Assembly: GCA_001275005.1 (NCBI GenBank)
Contig: JWZX01002736.1
Coordinates: forward strand, 1 to 42,113
Direction: 5' to 3'
Length of the DNA stretch: 42,113 nt
Source of the DNA: Chrysochromulina tobinii
Lineage: Eukaryota
This document shows, piece by piece, positions 32,965 to 42,113 of this stretch. How positions within the stretch are numbered: position 1 is the first letter of the stretch; every line of letters starts with the position of its first letter. The notes below the pieces were generated by a model. It was not told the origin of the DNA. It saw only the letters and a list, made by a program, of their open reading frames with translations, and did not search any database. The position numbers and the translations under genes are program-made.

Positions 32965-35896
32965 ATGTCGGCTCTTATCAACGCGGCTTTCGCGCTCGTG
33001 ACGGTCCTCTTGATCATGCTCGCCTTTCACCGGCCGGTCATGGAACGGCGCACTGTGGTGGTGGGCGACTGGGCGCAGTGCGTCAAGGCCGACGGCGGGC
33101 GTGGTCTTTGCATGACTGACGATGTCAACACCCGCACCTCGATCGCCAATGTCGTGGACAGCATGCAGCTCGACCTCAACGCTGCCGAAGCGGCGCTCCG
33201 CGATGCGAACAGAGCTCTCACCGGTGGTAGTGCTGTGGCAGCGCCGACACCAAGCAGTACCAGCTTTTCCGTCGCCGCTGCGGTCGCGCCGACGCCAAGC
33301 AGCGTCGGCCCTTTGGCCACGGCCGCCAGCAAGCAGTGCCATCCCGAGTGCACACGGCGCGGCACGTGCAACCTCGAGCTGGGTCGCTGTGACTGCCCGC
33401 CCTTTTATACGGGCGCCGACTGCTCGGAGCCGCTCTTTCCCGCGTGCGTCAAGCAGTGGGGCCTCGCGATGCCTGTCGCGTCCTGCGGCATCCACACGCA
33501 GCCCGCCTTCCCAAGCAGCTGCGAGTGCGTGTGGGAGTGCCACGAGCTCGGCCTGGACGCGCGCCAGGAGTGCCTGGTGGAGCCCAAGCCGGGCCAGACG
33601 ATGGCCCAGGCGGCCGCCGACGTCAAGAACCGCATGGGCTGGATGCCCGTCGTAGCGAACGAGACGTGGCTCCAGCGCACACGGGCGGATGCCGACGCGA
33701 GTGCCTCCGATGACCGGTGCTCGGGGCACGGCATCCTTTCTGTGCAGCTGCCGTACGAGTTCTACCCGAAGGAGGCGGATTGTCAGCCGGGCGGGCGTCA
33801 ATACAATCTCGAGGAATGCCTCAACCAACGCGTACCCAAGTGCCGCTGCTTCCCCGGTTGGTCGGGGGCCAAGTGTGACCTCCGGATGGACGAGCATACT
33901 CATTTGCACAAGTGCCTCAACGACTGCTCTGGACAGGGCACGTGCGTCTCCAACTTTTGCAAGTGCAAGCCGGGCATCTACGGAGCCGACTGCTCGCTCG
34001 GGGGCGCTACGCCTCTCCGGCCGACAGCGCCGTCCACAGGCCTTCGGCCACGGGTCTACGTGTACGACGTGCCGCCACGCTTCACTAGCTGGATGGGCAC
34101 CTTCCGCCGGGGCGACTGGACGCGTGACCATTGGTATGGCGTCGATGTGATGCTGCACCAGCAGCTGCTGCGCTCGCCGTACCGCACACTCGACCCCGAG
34201 CAGGCCGACTTCTTCTTCATACCTCTCCATCTCTCCCTCGGCTTCTACTCTCACCGGTACGACGCCAGGCGCTGCTTGCGTCGCTGCTTGCGTCGCTGCT
34301 TGCGTCGCTGCTTGCGTCGCTGCTTGCGTCGCGACTCTCACCGGTGTGACGCCAGGCGCTGCTTGCGTCGCTGATGGGCGAACCGCCTTCGTCCTTGGGC
34401 AGGTACTACTTCAAGCACTTCACGCTGCCCGCGGCCAAGCCACTTCGCGACGTGCTGCAGTACGTACGGCAGACGTGGCCCAAGTATTGGGCACGCCGTG
34501 GCGGGCGCGACCACCTGATCGTGATGACGCAGGACCAGGGCAATCGGTTCGTGCGCGAGTCGGTGCGTGAGTCGACGCCCCTTATCATGATACACCACTG
34601 GGGCGCCCCCGCCTCGGTCAAGGTCGACGGACAGGGGCAAGGGGATCACAAGGTGGGATTCGACATCACGGTGCCCCCCTTCCATGGCGAACAGGCGCGT
34701 CTCAATCGCTGGATGCTGCACGGTGACTTCGCCAAGGTCGCTCCCCTCGATGCGGCCGCGCTGCGCCTCGTTCCAGCGGAGGATTCCTTCAAGCACGACC
34801 TCTTCTTCTCCGGCAAGATGAACCTGAATTGGGGCCGTCATTGCTCTCTCGGCGTCCGTCAAGGCGTATACCGCGCTCACCGGCGCCACCCGCGCTTCAA
34901 AATCCTCACCTTCGACAACGGCGTGCAGGAGAAGCTCCCCTTCCCTACGCACGTGGATAACTACGCATCGGCTAAGTTCTGCCTCGCGCCCGCAGGCTAC
35001 GGCTTCTCCTCTCGCCAGTACGCTGTGATGGCCGCTCATGGCCGCTCATGGCCGCTGATTGATCCTGATGCCCACTTCATGCGTACGAGTGCGTCTCCTT
35101 GCGTGTGGCGGCCTCTGATGGGGGCCCTCCCTAATTTGGCATCTGATTGGGCACGATGGCAGGTACGAGCGCATGCTGGTGATGATTGCGGTGGATTGCG
35201 TCTGATGGAACCTCCCTAATTTGGCAGGTACGAGTGCGTGCTCGTGGGCTGCGTACCCGTAGTCATCCAGGACGACGTCGAGATGGCCTTCGAGGAGGTG
35301 CTGCCCTGGCACCGCTTCTCCATCCGGCTCAACTTTTCGGACATCCCGATCCTTCCGCAGGTGAGTACCACTGATTGCGACTGATTGGGACAGATAGGAA
35401 CGTCTTCTGAGCCTCTCGCCTCGTCCCGATCCTTCCACAGCTGCTGGCACGCGTACCTGCGGCACACGTCGCGCGCCTACGCCGCGGCCTCGGCTGCGTC
35501 TGGCCTCGGATGCTCTGGCTAGCTCCGGGCCTTTACCCGCATGCGACCGACTCCGACCCAACGCTCGTCGCTGCGCGCCCGCACGATGCCTTCGAGACGA
35601 CCATGCGGACGCTGCGCCGCCGGCTGAAGCTGGGCGACTCGGCGGCGTCAGAGGCCGAGCCGTGGCGTGCTGCCGTTGAGAGCTGCCTCGTCGAGGACGG
35701 CGACGAGGCTGCATTTGACCTCGGCGCCTTGCGCCGACAGGTGCGCGCTGAGACGCTCACGCTGAGCCAGGACGCGAGCGACATGGAGTCCATCCTCCGC
35801 GAGTGGGAGCTGGGACGTGACGACAAGACGTTTGCGATGAAGACGCGCTTCTTCCCGTCTGGCGTGAAGATTCCTGGCGTGAAGTGGACGGATTGA
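32965..35896 (+). CDS. Exostosin-family (GT47) glycosyltransferase with N-terminal TM anchor and EGF-like repeats; introns 34257-34402, 35018-35227, 35361-35440
   Basis: TM helix, EGF repeats (CNLELGRCDCPPFYTGADC, CLNDCSGQGTC), RVYVYD, RTLDPEQADFFFIP, GGRDH, FCLAPAGYGFSSRQ|YECVLVGCVPVVIQD. All three splices are in frame. Confidence 0.9.
34270..34331 (+). repeat. Intronic 12-nt repeat (CGCTGCTTGCGT)x5
   Basis: Direct reading within exostosin intron 1. Confidence 0.9.
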
Positions 35897-36235
35897 GCTT
35901 TTGAATCGGAATGCCACCGGGGCGCAGGGGATGCTGTTGCTGAGACGCGCGGCACGCCGACACGCGTGTAGTTTCCCTCGAACACGGAACATAGATTCAT
36001 AGTCGAGTCCGGTCAAGCGGCAGAGCCAAGCGAATTTCATATTATCGGTACAGCCCGACGGTTCGCGATGTTTGCCTAATGGTATATTTTATACATACTG
36101 CAGTATGGTATCTGTGGGCAATCTGGGCTCTGGCTATTACGGTCCCGTCCGGGGGTGTCTACCCGTGTCTGGCAGTTTGTCGACGAGCTGTCCCCAAGGT
36201 GTGTCAGATCGGATCACTTTCCTCCCGATCGCCTC

Positions 36236-36910
36236 TCACTCTTTGACCGGAGCGCGATTCGATATCGTGGAAAGCAAAATGAACCAAAAGAAGCTGACTG
36301 ATGCGATGAACGCGATGCGCAAGTGCACGGGCACCACGCTGAAGGTCAGGCACTGTGTGGGAGTCCAGATGAGCCAGTACTTCCACAGCAGGTCTTTCTT
36401 TGCGTCACTCACGTACCGAGAAAGCGCGTCGCGCACCGAGGACCGAAAGACAAGAGCCCTGACGATGTAAGCAGCTGGTAAACACAGGAATGGTGTCAGA
36501 ATCAGCTGATCGACGACGACCTTGCTGGCAACAGTGACTAGGTCGGTGCCTTCACCAAAAACAACCGGGAAGCAGTTGTTGAATAGAAAGTTCTCGAAAA
36601 ATCCATTGTACAATCCACCATAGATGATGAAGGCAATGTTTCGCCGAAAGCTGAATCTGGGCTGCTTGCGTGCGGATTCCGTCTTCTGCGCTATCGCGTC
36701 GCTGCACATAGCCTTGAAGCCGCAGGTGAGGAAGGCCGCTTGGTATGGAGAGGACTTGTAAAAAGCGTTGATGACGCCGAGCAGGTCTGCTGCGGCCATG
36801 GCTGGCTTTTGCCCTCTTAAGCGGCTGTGGAGCATTGCAGAGTCTGCATAAGCATGCGGACCAAAAGTAGTGGTCGGCACCACTAACAAGAGTATCATCG
36901 TGCGTCGCAT
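36236..36910 (-). CDS. Mpv17/PMP22 family membrane protein with probable bipartite plastid leader
   Basis: SDAIAQ, FSFRRNIAF, KVVVDQLILTP, YWLIWTPTQCLTFSVVPVHLRIAF. Hydrophobic leader MILLLVVP. Confidence 0.88.
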   Translation of the reverse strand: MRRTMILLLVVPTTTFGPHAYADSAMLHSRLRGQKPAMAAADLLGVINAFYKSSPYQAAFLTCGFKAMCSDAIAQKTESARKQPRFSFRRNIAFIIYGGLYNGFFENFLFNNCFPVVFGEGTDLVTVASKVVVDQLILTPFLCLPAAYIVRALVFRSSVRDALSRYVSDAKKDLLWKYWLIWTPTQCLTFSVVPVHLRIAFIASVSFFWFILLSTISNRAPVKE

Positions 36911-37389
36911 GGACGGCCTCGCGTCGCACGAGAGGATGTGCCTCGTTCGACGATCTGGTGTGAACGGTTTTTGGGGGTGTACGATTTCAAACATTGGTTG
37001 TGAAAGTTAACGCGACACACTCGACAGCCGGTGCTACGGCTGCCCGCTCAGAATACACTCACTGCGGTCTCGCGTTGGAATTCGTCAACTGATTCGCCGC
37101 ACGTGCAGCTCCAGCGGCGGAGTGAGCATTGCACTGCAAAGAGTGCGCAATTTGCAACGCGTTTCCGGGGTCCAGGATGTGCGAGAGAGTGTGGCTTTGA
37201 TATGACTTTTGAGATTGGGTGCACATCGCGACGCGGCTCCCAAACTTCTTTTTACAGTCGCCCCCCACCGCGGAGGTCGTTTTGTGTCAGGTCGGTCCTG
37301 TGGCTGACGGGTCCTTCACTCGGGCGACTGGCTGGCCAACGGTCCGCGCGACTAGCCAGCGCACGATCCGCATCGTTACGTGCTTAGCC

Positions 37390-39318
37390 ATGTCCGGACG
37401 CGCTTCGCCGCCAGTCAGCCCCAGATCCCCGCCAGCTGGACGAGCCTCGCCAACTCGTCAGCCGCCAGCTGAACTCGTCTCGCCAAAGCCACCAGCTGGA
37501 CGCACCTCGCCAAAATGTGAGCCACTAGCGACAACTAGCGCAGGGTCGGCCATTACTGACGTTGAACTCAGGAACATTCTTCGGCCCATCTTCAACAAAT
37601 TCGACGCCAAGAAGAGCGGCTTCATCTCGACAGCGGAGCTACCCTTGGTCGTCAACGCTGTGGGCGTTGAAATGACGCCGGAGCAGGTTGCAGAGATGGC
37701 GCAAGAGATAGATCCGAATGGCACTGGTGACATCGACTTCGACGAATTCGTGCAGGCTTTCCGGACGCAACTGGATCAGAGTCCGGGTGACATCCTTGGC
37801 AACAGCCCCTTTGGGAAAATGGCGACTACGGAAACCCGTGCAGCTGGCCGTTCGGCGCTCGTCATCGAAGAGGACGAGCGCCGTACGGCTAGTTACGACG
37901 AGGACGGTTTGGCGCGTTGGGTTGGTGATCTTCCGTTTCAGCTGATCGCAATCATGAAAAATCATACCGCGCGCGTGATGGAGTTGTTCAACACCCTCGA
38001 CGAAGATGGCGACGGACAAATAGTGATGCCCGAGTTCGTGCGTATCATCAAGCAGCTAGGCGTTGCGGACGCCGCCTCAGAAAAAGACCTGGAACGGCTC
38101 TTCAAGGGCATCGACTCGAACGATAACGGGGTCATCACATTTATAGAGCTGCAAGACGCGTGTTCGAAAGCTCGGCGGGGGCGATCGGTACTGACGATGA
38201 CCGAGGAGGAGGAAATGCAGCGTGAGGCAGCCAGGTCAGAGCTCGAGCGTGCTCGTGCAGAGGAAGAAGATCGGTTGGCAAAGGAGCGTGCTGCAGCGGC
38301 AGCGGCTGAGGAAGAAGCACGAAGGCAACTGGAGCTCGCGGCGCTAGAAGCAGCGAAGGAAGCAGAGCGCCGTCGCATAGAAGAGCGGCGACGCCTTAGG
38401 GCGGAGCAAGAGAGACTGCGGGCGGAGGCTGAGGCTGCTCGGGTGGCAAGGGAGTTGGAGAAACTTCGTGAGCTGGCCCTGACCATGCAGAAGATGCAGC
38501 AGCAGATGCTGGAGTCGCAATCACATCGTAAAGCGCCTCGGATGGAGCGACCTCCTTGGAAAGCCTACCTATCGCCTCCCGACGGGGCCAAGCTGAGCGT
38601 GTACCTTCGCACGAAGGCAGACTCTTGCACAGAGCATGCCATGCTGGATCAGACGCTCGCGAGGTGGCGGAACGAACGGCAACGCCGTGGGCAAGTTTGG
38701 GCTACTGGTTATGGTTCCGCTCCTGTTCCTGCTTCTCCAAACTCAACACTGCTGGATGATGGCAGTCGGACGAGGCGGATTGCACCCGATGGACTGCGTC
38801 TGCACCTGCTATCTGTGTCGCGGATGGCGCCCCATCACTACGTGTTTGCGACTTGGGCAAATTTGGCAAGTGGGCCGTCCGCATCCGCGGCGACAGTCGA
38901 GCTCAACCCTGGGCCTGGCTTCATCCGTGACGATACCCTTGTAGAGGCTGCATTGAGTGCGCTGCAGAGGGCGTACCCACGGGACGTACCCCGTGAGACA
39001 GCGCATGCCGATTACTCGGGGGCGGGGGGCACCTGCCGTCGCCGCGTGCGTACGATTCTCAGTTGCAATGGCAGCGTGCTCGATGTTGCAAAGCCCATCG
39101 GCGAGCAGTGCCGTGTGAGATGCTTCGTCAATGTTGCGTCGCCTCGATTGCACACTCGTTCGCCGCGGCCACCAGCTCACGCGCCACCTGTCGAAGAGAA
39201 GCCAGGCCAACCCCTGCATAGGCCGGCTCCGCCTCCCGGCAGAGCGAGCGTTCCAGCGGCGCCATCCCATCGTGCACCACCTGGCGCGTGTCAGCAGAGG
39301 CCTGTCAGCGCGCGGTAG
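37390..39318 (+). CDS. Four-EF-hand (calmodulin-like) protein with E/R-rich helix and unknown C-terminus
   Basis: EF loops DAKKSGFISTAE, DPNGTGDIDFDE, DEDGDGQIVMPE and DSNDNGVITFIE, followed by EAERRRIEERRRLRAEQE. Confidence 0.85.
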   Translation: MSGRASPPVSPRSPPAGRASPTRQPPAELVSPKPPAGRTSPKCEPLATTSAGSAITDVELRNILRPIFNKFDAKKSGFISTAELPLVVNAVGVEMTPEQVAEMAQEIDPNGTGDIDFDEFVQAFRTQLDQSPGDILGNSPFGKMATTETRAAGRSALVIEEDERRTASYDEDGLARWVGDLPFQLIAIMKNHTARVMELFNTLDEDGDGQIVMPEFVRIIKQLGVADAASEKDLERLFKGIDSNDNGVITFIELQDACSKARRGRSVLTMTEEEEMQREAARSELERARAEEEDRLAKERAAAAAAEEEARRQLELAALEAAKEAERRRIEERRRLRAEQERLRAEAEAARVARELEKLRELALTMQKMQQQMLESQSHRKAPRMERPPWKAYLSPPDGAKLSVYLRTKADSCTEHAMLDQTLARWRNERQRRGQVWATGYGSAPVPASPNSTLLDDGSRTRRIAPDGLRLHLLSVSRMAPHHYVFATWANLASGPSASAATVELNPGPGFIRDDTLVEAALSALQRAYPRDVPRETAHADYSGAGGTCRRRVRTILSCNGSVLDVAKPIGEQCRVRCFVNVASPRLHTRSPRPPAHAPPVEEKPGQPLHRPAPPPGRASVPAAPSHRAPPGACQQRPVSAR

Positions 39319-39668
39319 TACTCAGTACAGCGAGACTGCGGTACGAAAGCCCGGCCGCGTACAAAACAGTACTCCAAGGAGTTCGCGGATATCGTCGTGA
39401 TCGTCCGCATCGTGCTCGGTGTGGTTCTCGCTTCGGTTCGCGTTCGCGTGGCCCGTCGTACACGATCAGACAACAAACAGACAAGAACCACCGTAAACGT
39501 AAAGTCCGCGCCGGATACCAAGCGAAGCATAAACGTGCGTATAGCGGTAGAGCGTAGACAGTACCCGTGTTTCGTTTACATTTTGCTACTCGTCCGCCTA
39601 CACTACTTTATTAGAGGCAACTAGTACCGTACATCAAAGCGAAGTACTAATTTGATTCCCATTTCGCA

Positions 39669-40378
39669 TTACCCCGCCGCCGAGAGCCAGGAGGGCAGCC
39701 ACGAGGTCTCCGCCTGCTGCTGCTGCTGCATCACCTTGCTGCCACTGCGGCGCATCTCAGCTCTTGCGATCGCGCGAGCCTGCGACTCTTCGAGCTTTTG
39801 GCGCTCCTTTTCCGCCTTTGCCCTGGCTGCGGCCGCGGCTGCTGCCGCCTCGGCCTCGAGCCGTTGCCTCAGCGCCTCCTTCTCGGCTTCGAGCCGTTGC
39901 TGCTCGGCCAAGAGCTCGGCCGCGTCGCGTCGCTGCTCCACTCCCCAGTCAGCGCTGGCCACCTGCCCTTGTCGCAGCTGGAGGCTGTGCAGAGACGCGC
40001 CCGCGCCCGTGACGGCGCCGGCGTGCTCATGCTCGCCCCCATGGGCCAGCGCTTCGTGCTCGGTCGCTCGCCGATGCTCGGATCGCTCGGCCGCGCGCGC
40101 GCGAGACTCGAGCAACTTACGAGCCTTGTGGGTCCGCGCCGTGTCGGGCGCTTCGGGCTCCGCCAGTGCGGCAACGGCGCCCAAAGCGGCGCTGAGCTCG
40201 GCCACTTGTATAGCGTGCGGCGAGAGCTGGGGCGTGGCCCAGGGCAGCAGCCAGCCCATCCAGCCCGGGGTTGCCTCGGGAGAGGTACTAGAGGCACTCG
40301 AGGCCCCTGCTGTGGATGTCGGCAGAAGGCTGCTCTCGCTACTGCGACCGAGCCACGAGGGCAGCCACGAGGCGTTCG

Positions 40379-40416
<38 letters not shown>

Positions 40417-42113
40417 GTCGCCGCCAAAGCGTGCCACCCTCTCCCCCTGCGGCCGCCCAGCGCCGTGGTGCTCGCCTGCGCTCGAATGCTGGCCTGTCGG
40501 GAGACGCGACTTGCCGTTCGAGCCAGGCGATGAGGCACACCATTGCTGTGTTGGCCGGGGTGCGCGTCCGCATGCGTGCTGCCCTCTTGACCGCGACGCC
40601 AGCGCAGAGGTGCTTCCTTGAGTCCCCGGCGCGTCAGCGGACCAGACTCCCGGCTTGAGCGCTGCGGATGCTGCCACGCGCCCGAGTGAGCGGCCGGACG
40701 ACCTGCCCCGTCGTCGTGTTCACGCATCCGCGCCACGCGCCTGGCGGCGATTTGGCTGAGCAGCGCCTGGCGCCGCTCCCGTTCAGCTGCGAGCCTCTGA
40801 TCTCGATGGAGCTGCCTCAGCACGCTGCCACTCGCGCCGCCCACGTCGCCGCCCTCGTTGCCGACGACGTCGGCCGCGACACCAAGCGCCGTCCCAAGCG
40901 CCATATCGTTGTCGGCCTCATCAAGTGTACGTAGCCGTTCTTCCAGGATCCAAAAGTGGATCAACGGTCGCAGCCGCGTTCCAGTGAGGTGCGGCACATG
41001 CGGGGCGCCCTCACCCCCCCACTCCCTTGCGGCGCCCAGTGTGCGTGCCAATGGAGCGCGATCTCTTGAGACGTGCTCGCCGCCAGCTCTGCTGCGGTAG
41101 TTCGCCATCGCCGGCGTACTTGGTCGTGCGAGGTTCACGGCCTCCCTCTGCAGCCGCGCCTCGGCCTCCCAAAACGTAACCGCGCGTGAATAGCTCTGGC
41201 GGAATGGTGCTTGAGTGGCGAGTGCACTGCGATCCCCCCGTGGACACAGCTTGGGTTGCCTTCCCAGCTCAAGCCGCGCAGCCCCTTCAACATGACGAAG
41301 AGGCCCTGGGCGAGGCGTTGGCGTCGTCGTTACCGTGGCCATGGCCGTGGCCGTCGTCATCGTCGCCATCGTCGTCGTCGTCGCGGCCCTGGCCGCGTCG
41401 CGCCGTGCGCGCCACTCTTCCCGGCGCTCTTCCCTTGCCGCCGTCGCATCCGCATGTCGCATCTCCAACTCGCGCCGCAGCACCTGACGCACCGCAGGCA
41501 TCTGTCGTTGCATATGCTCGCGTAAGGCCGCTCGTCGCGTTGCAAGCATACGTGCATACTCCAAGGCCGCGGCACGTAATTCCTTATCAGGGGCTGCCAT
41601 CCCGATGCCGCCGGAATCGGTCGTGGACTCCATCTCGGGCTTCGTCAGGGAGGCCTCGGTGAGAGGGAGCATGCTCCCTGAGAGGGAGGCCTCGGGTGCG
41701 AAGCTGACCGTCTTGCGATCGTGCGAGCTGCCAAGTGCAGCGACCGCTGCGGCTTGGCGCCGACGGAGCTGTCTATGGCGCCATATCAAGAAGGTGGTGC
41801 ACGCGATGAGCAATAGGATCGAAGGTATGGCTGCGCCAAGGACGACGGGCATGATTGGTGGCGGAGCGGGCGGCGGTGAGGGCGGCGGAGGCGAAGGTGG
41901 CGGTGTGGGTGGCGGCGATGGCGGCGGCGGCGATGGCGGTGGTGAGGGTGGCGGTGGCGACGGCGGCGGTGAGGGAGGTGGAGGTGAGGGCGGCGGCGAG
42001 GGCGGCGGTGGCGAGGGCGGCGGTGCGGGTGGCGGCGATGGCGGCGGCGACGGCGGTGGCAATGGCGGCGGCGAGGGTGGTGGTGGTGAGGGCGGTGGTG
42101 AGGGTGGCGGTGT
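39669..42113 (-). CDS. Single-pass membrane protein with extensin-like SP3-4 stalk and long cytosolic tail (5' truncated)
   Basis: Frame is open from the window end. (SPPP[P])n at about 41859-42113, then TM VVLGAAIPSILLLIACTTFLIW followed by basic RHRQLRRR. Confidence 0.75.

Noticed and set aside
39590..39626. Helitron 3' end (CTAGT)
   Set aside because: The upstream hairpin is weak, and there is no 5' end or Rep/helicase evidence.
41290..41390. Frameshift in the last gene (poly-Thr versus poly-Asp frame)
   Set aside because: The Asp-rich frame stops soon afterwards and the main ORF stays open; not decidable from sequence alone.

Overview
GC-rich, gene-dense eukaryotic genomic DNA, most likely a haptophyte alga (Chrysochromulina/Prymnesiales-like). 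This is inferred from the stranded 9-12-nt intronic minisatellites, a GC-AG intron and plastid-targeting leaders. I find 16 protein genes, two cut by the window edges: an unknown protein, an EEP hydrolase, a myosin, a PsbQ-like lumen protein, a HET/TIR-like-TPR protein, a CCCH-DEAD-box helicase, two thioredoxin-like-ferredoxin/TPR proteins flanking RBBP5/Swd1, two EF-hand proteins, a 13-exon Sfi1-like repeat protein with EF-hands, an SGNH esterase, an EGF-exostosin, an Mpv17/PMP22 protein and an extensin-like membrane protein. The main observation is in the introns: 11 of the 20 I can place by reading-frame joining carry copies of their own flanking exon ends or splice junctions. One contains a copy spanning the spliced exon-exon junction. 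Most introns also hold sense-strand CTGA(T/G)-core satellites. Together this suggests active intron birth or remodelling by junction duplication. Other leads are a candidate NOD-less immune receptor with hypervariable TPRs, a foldback MITE-like element, and a multi-hairpin candidate structured RNA at about 13.5-13.7 kb. I recognised no rRNA, tRNA, CRISPR array or transposase. Everything was read by eye; no searches were run.
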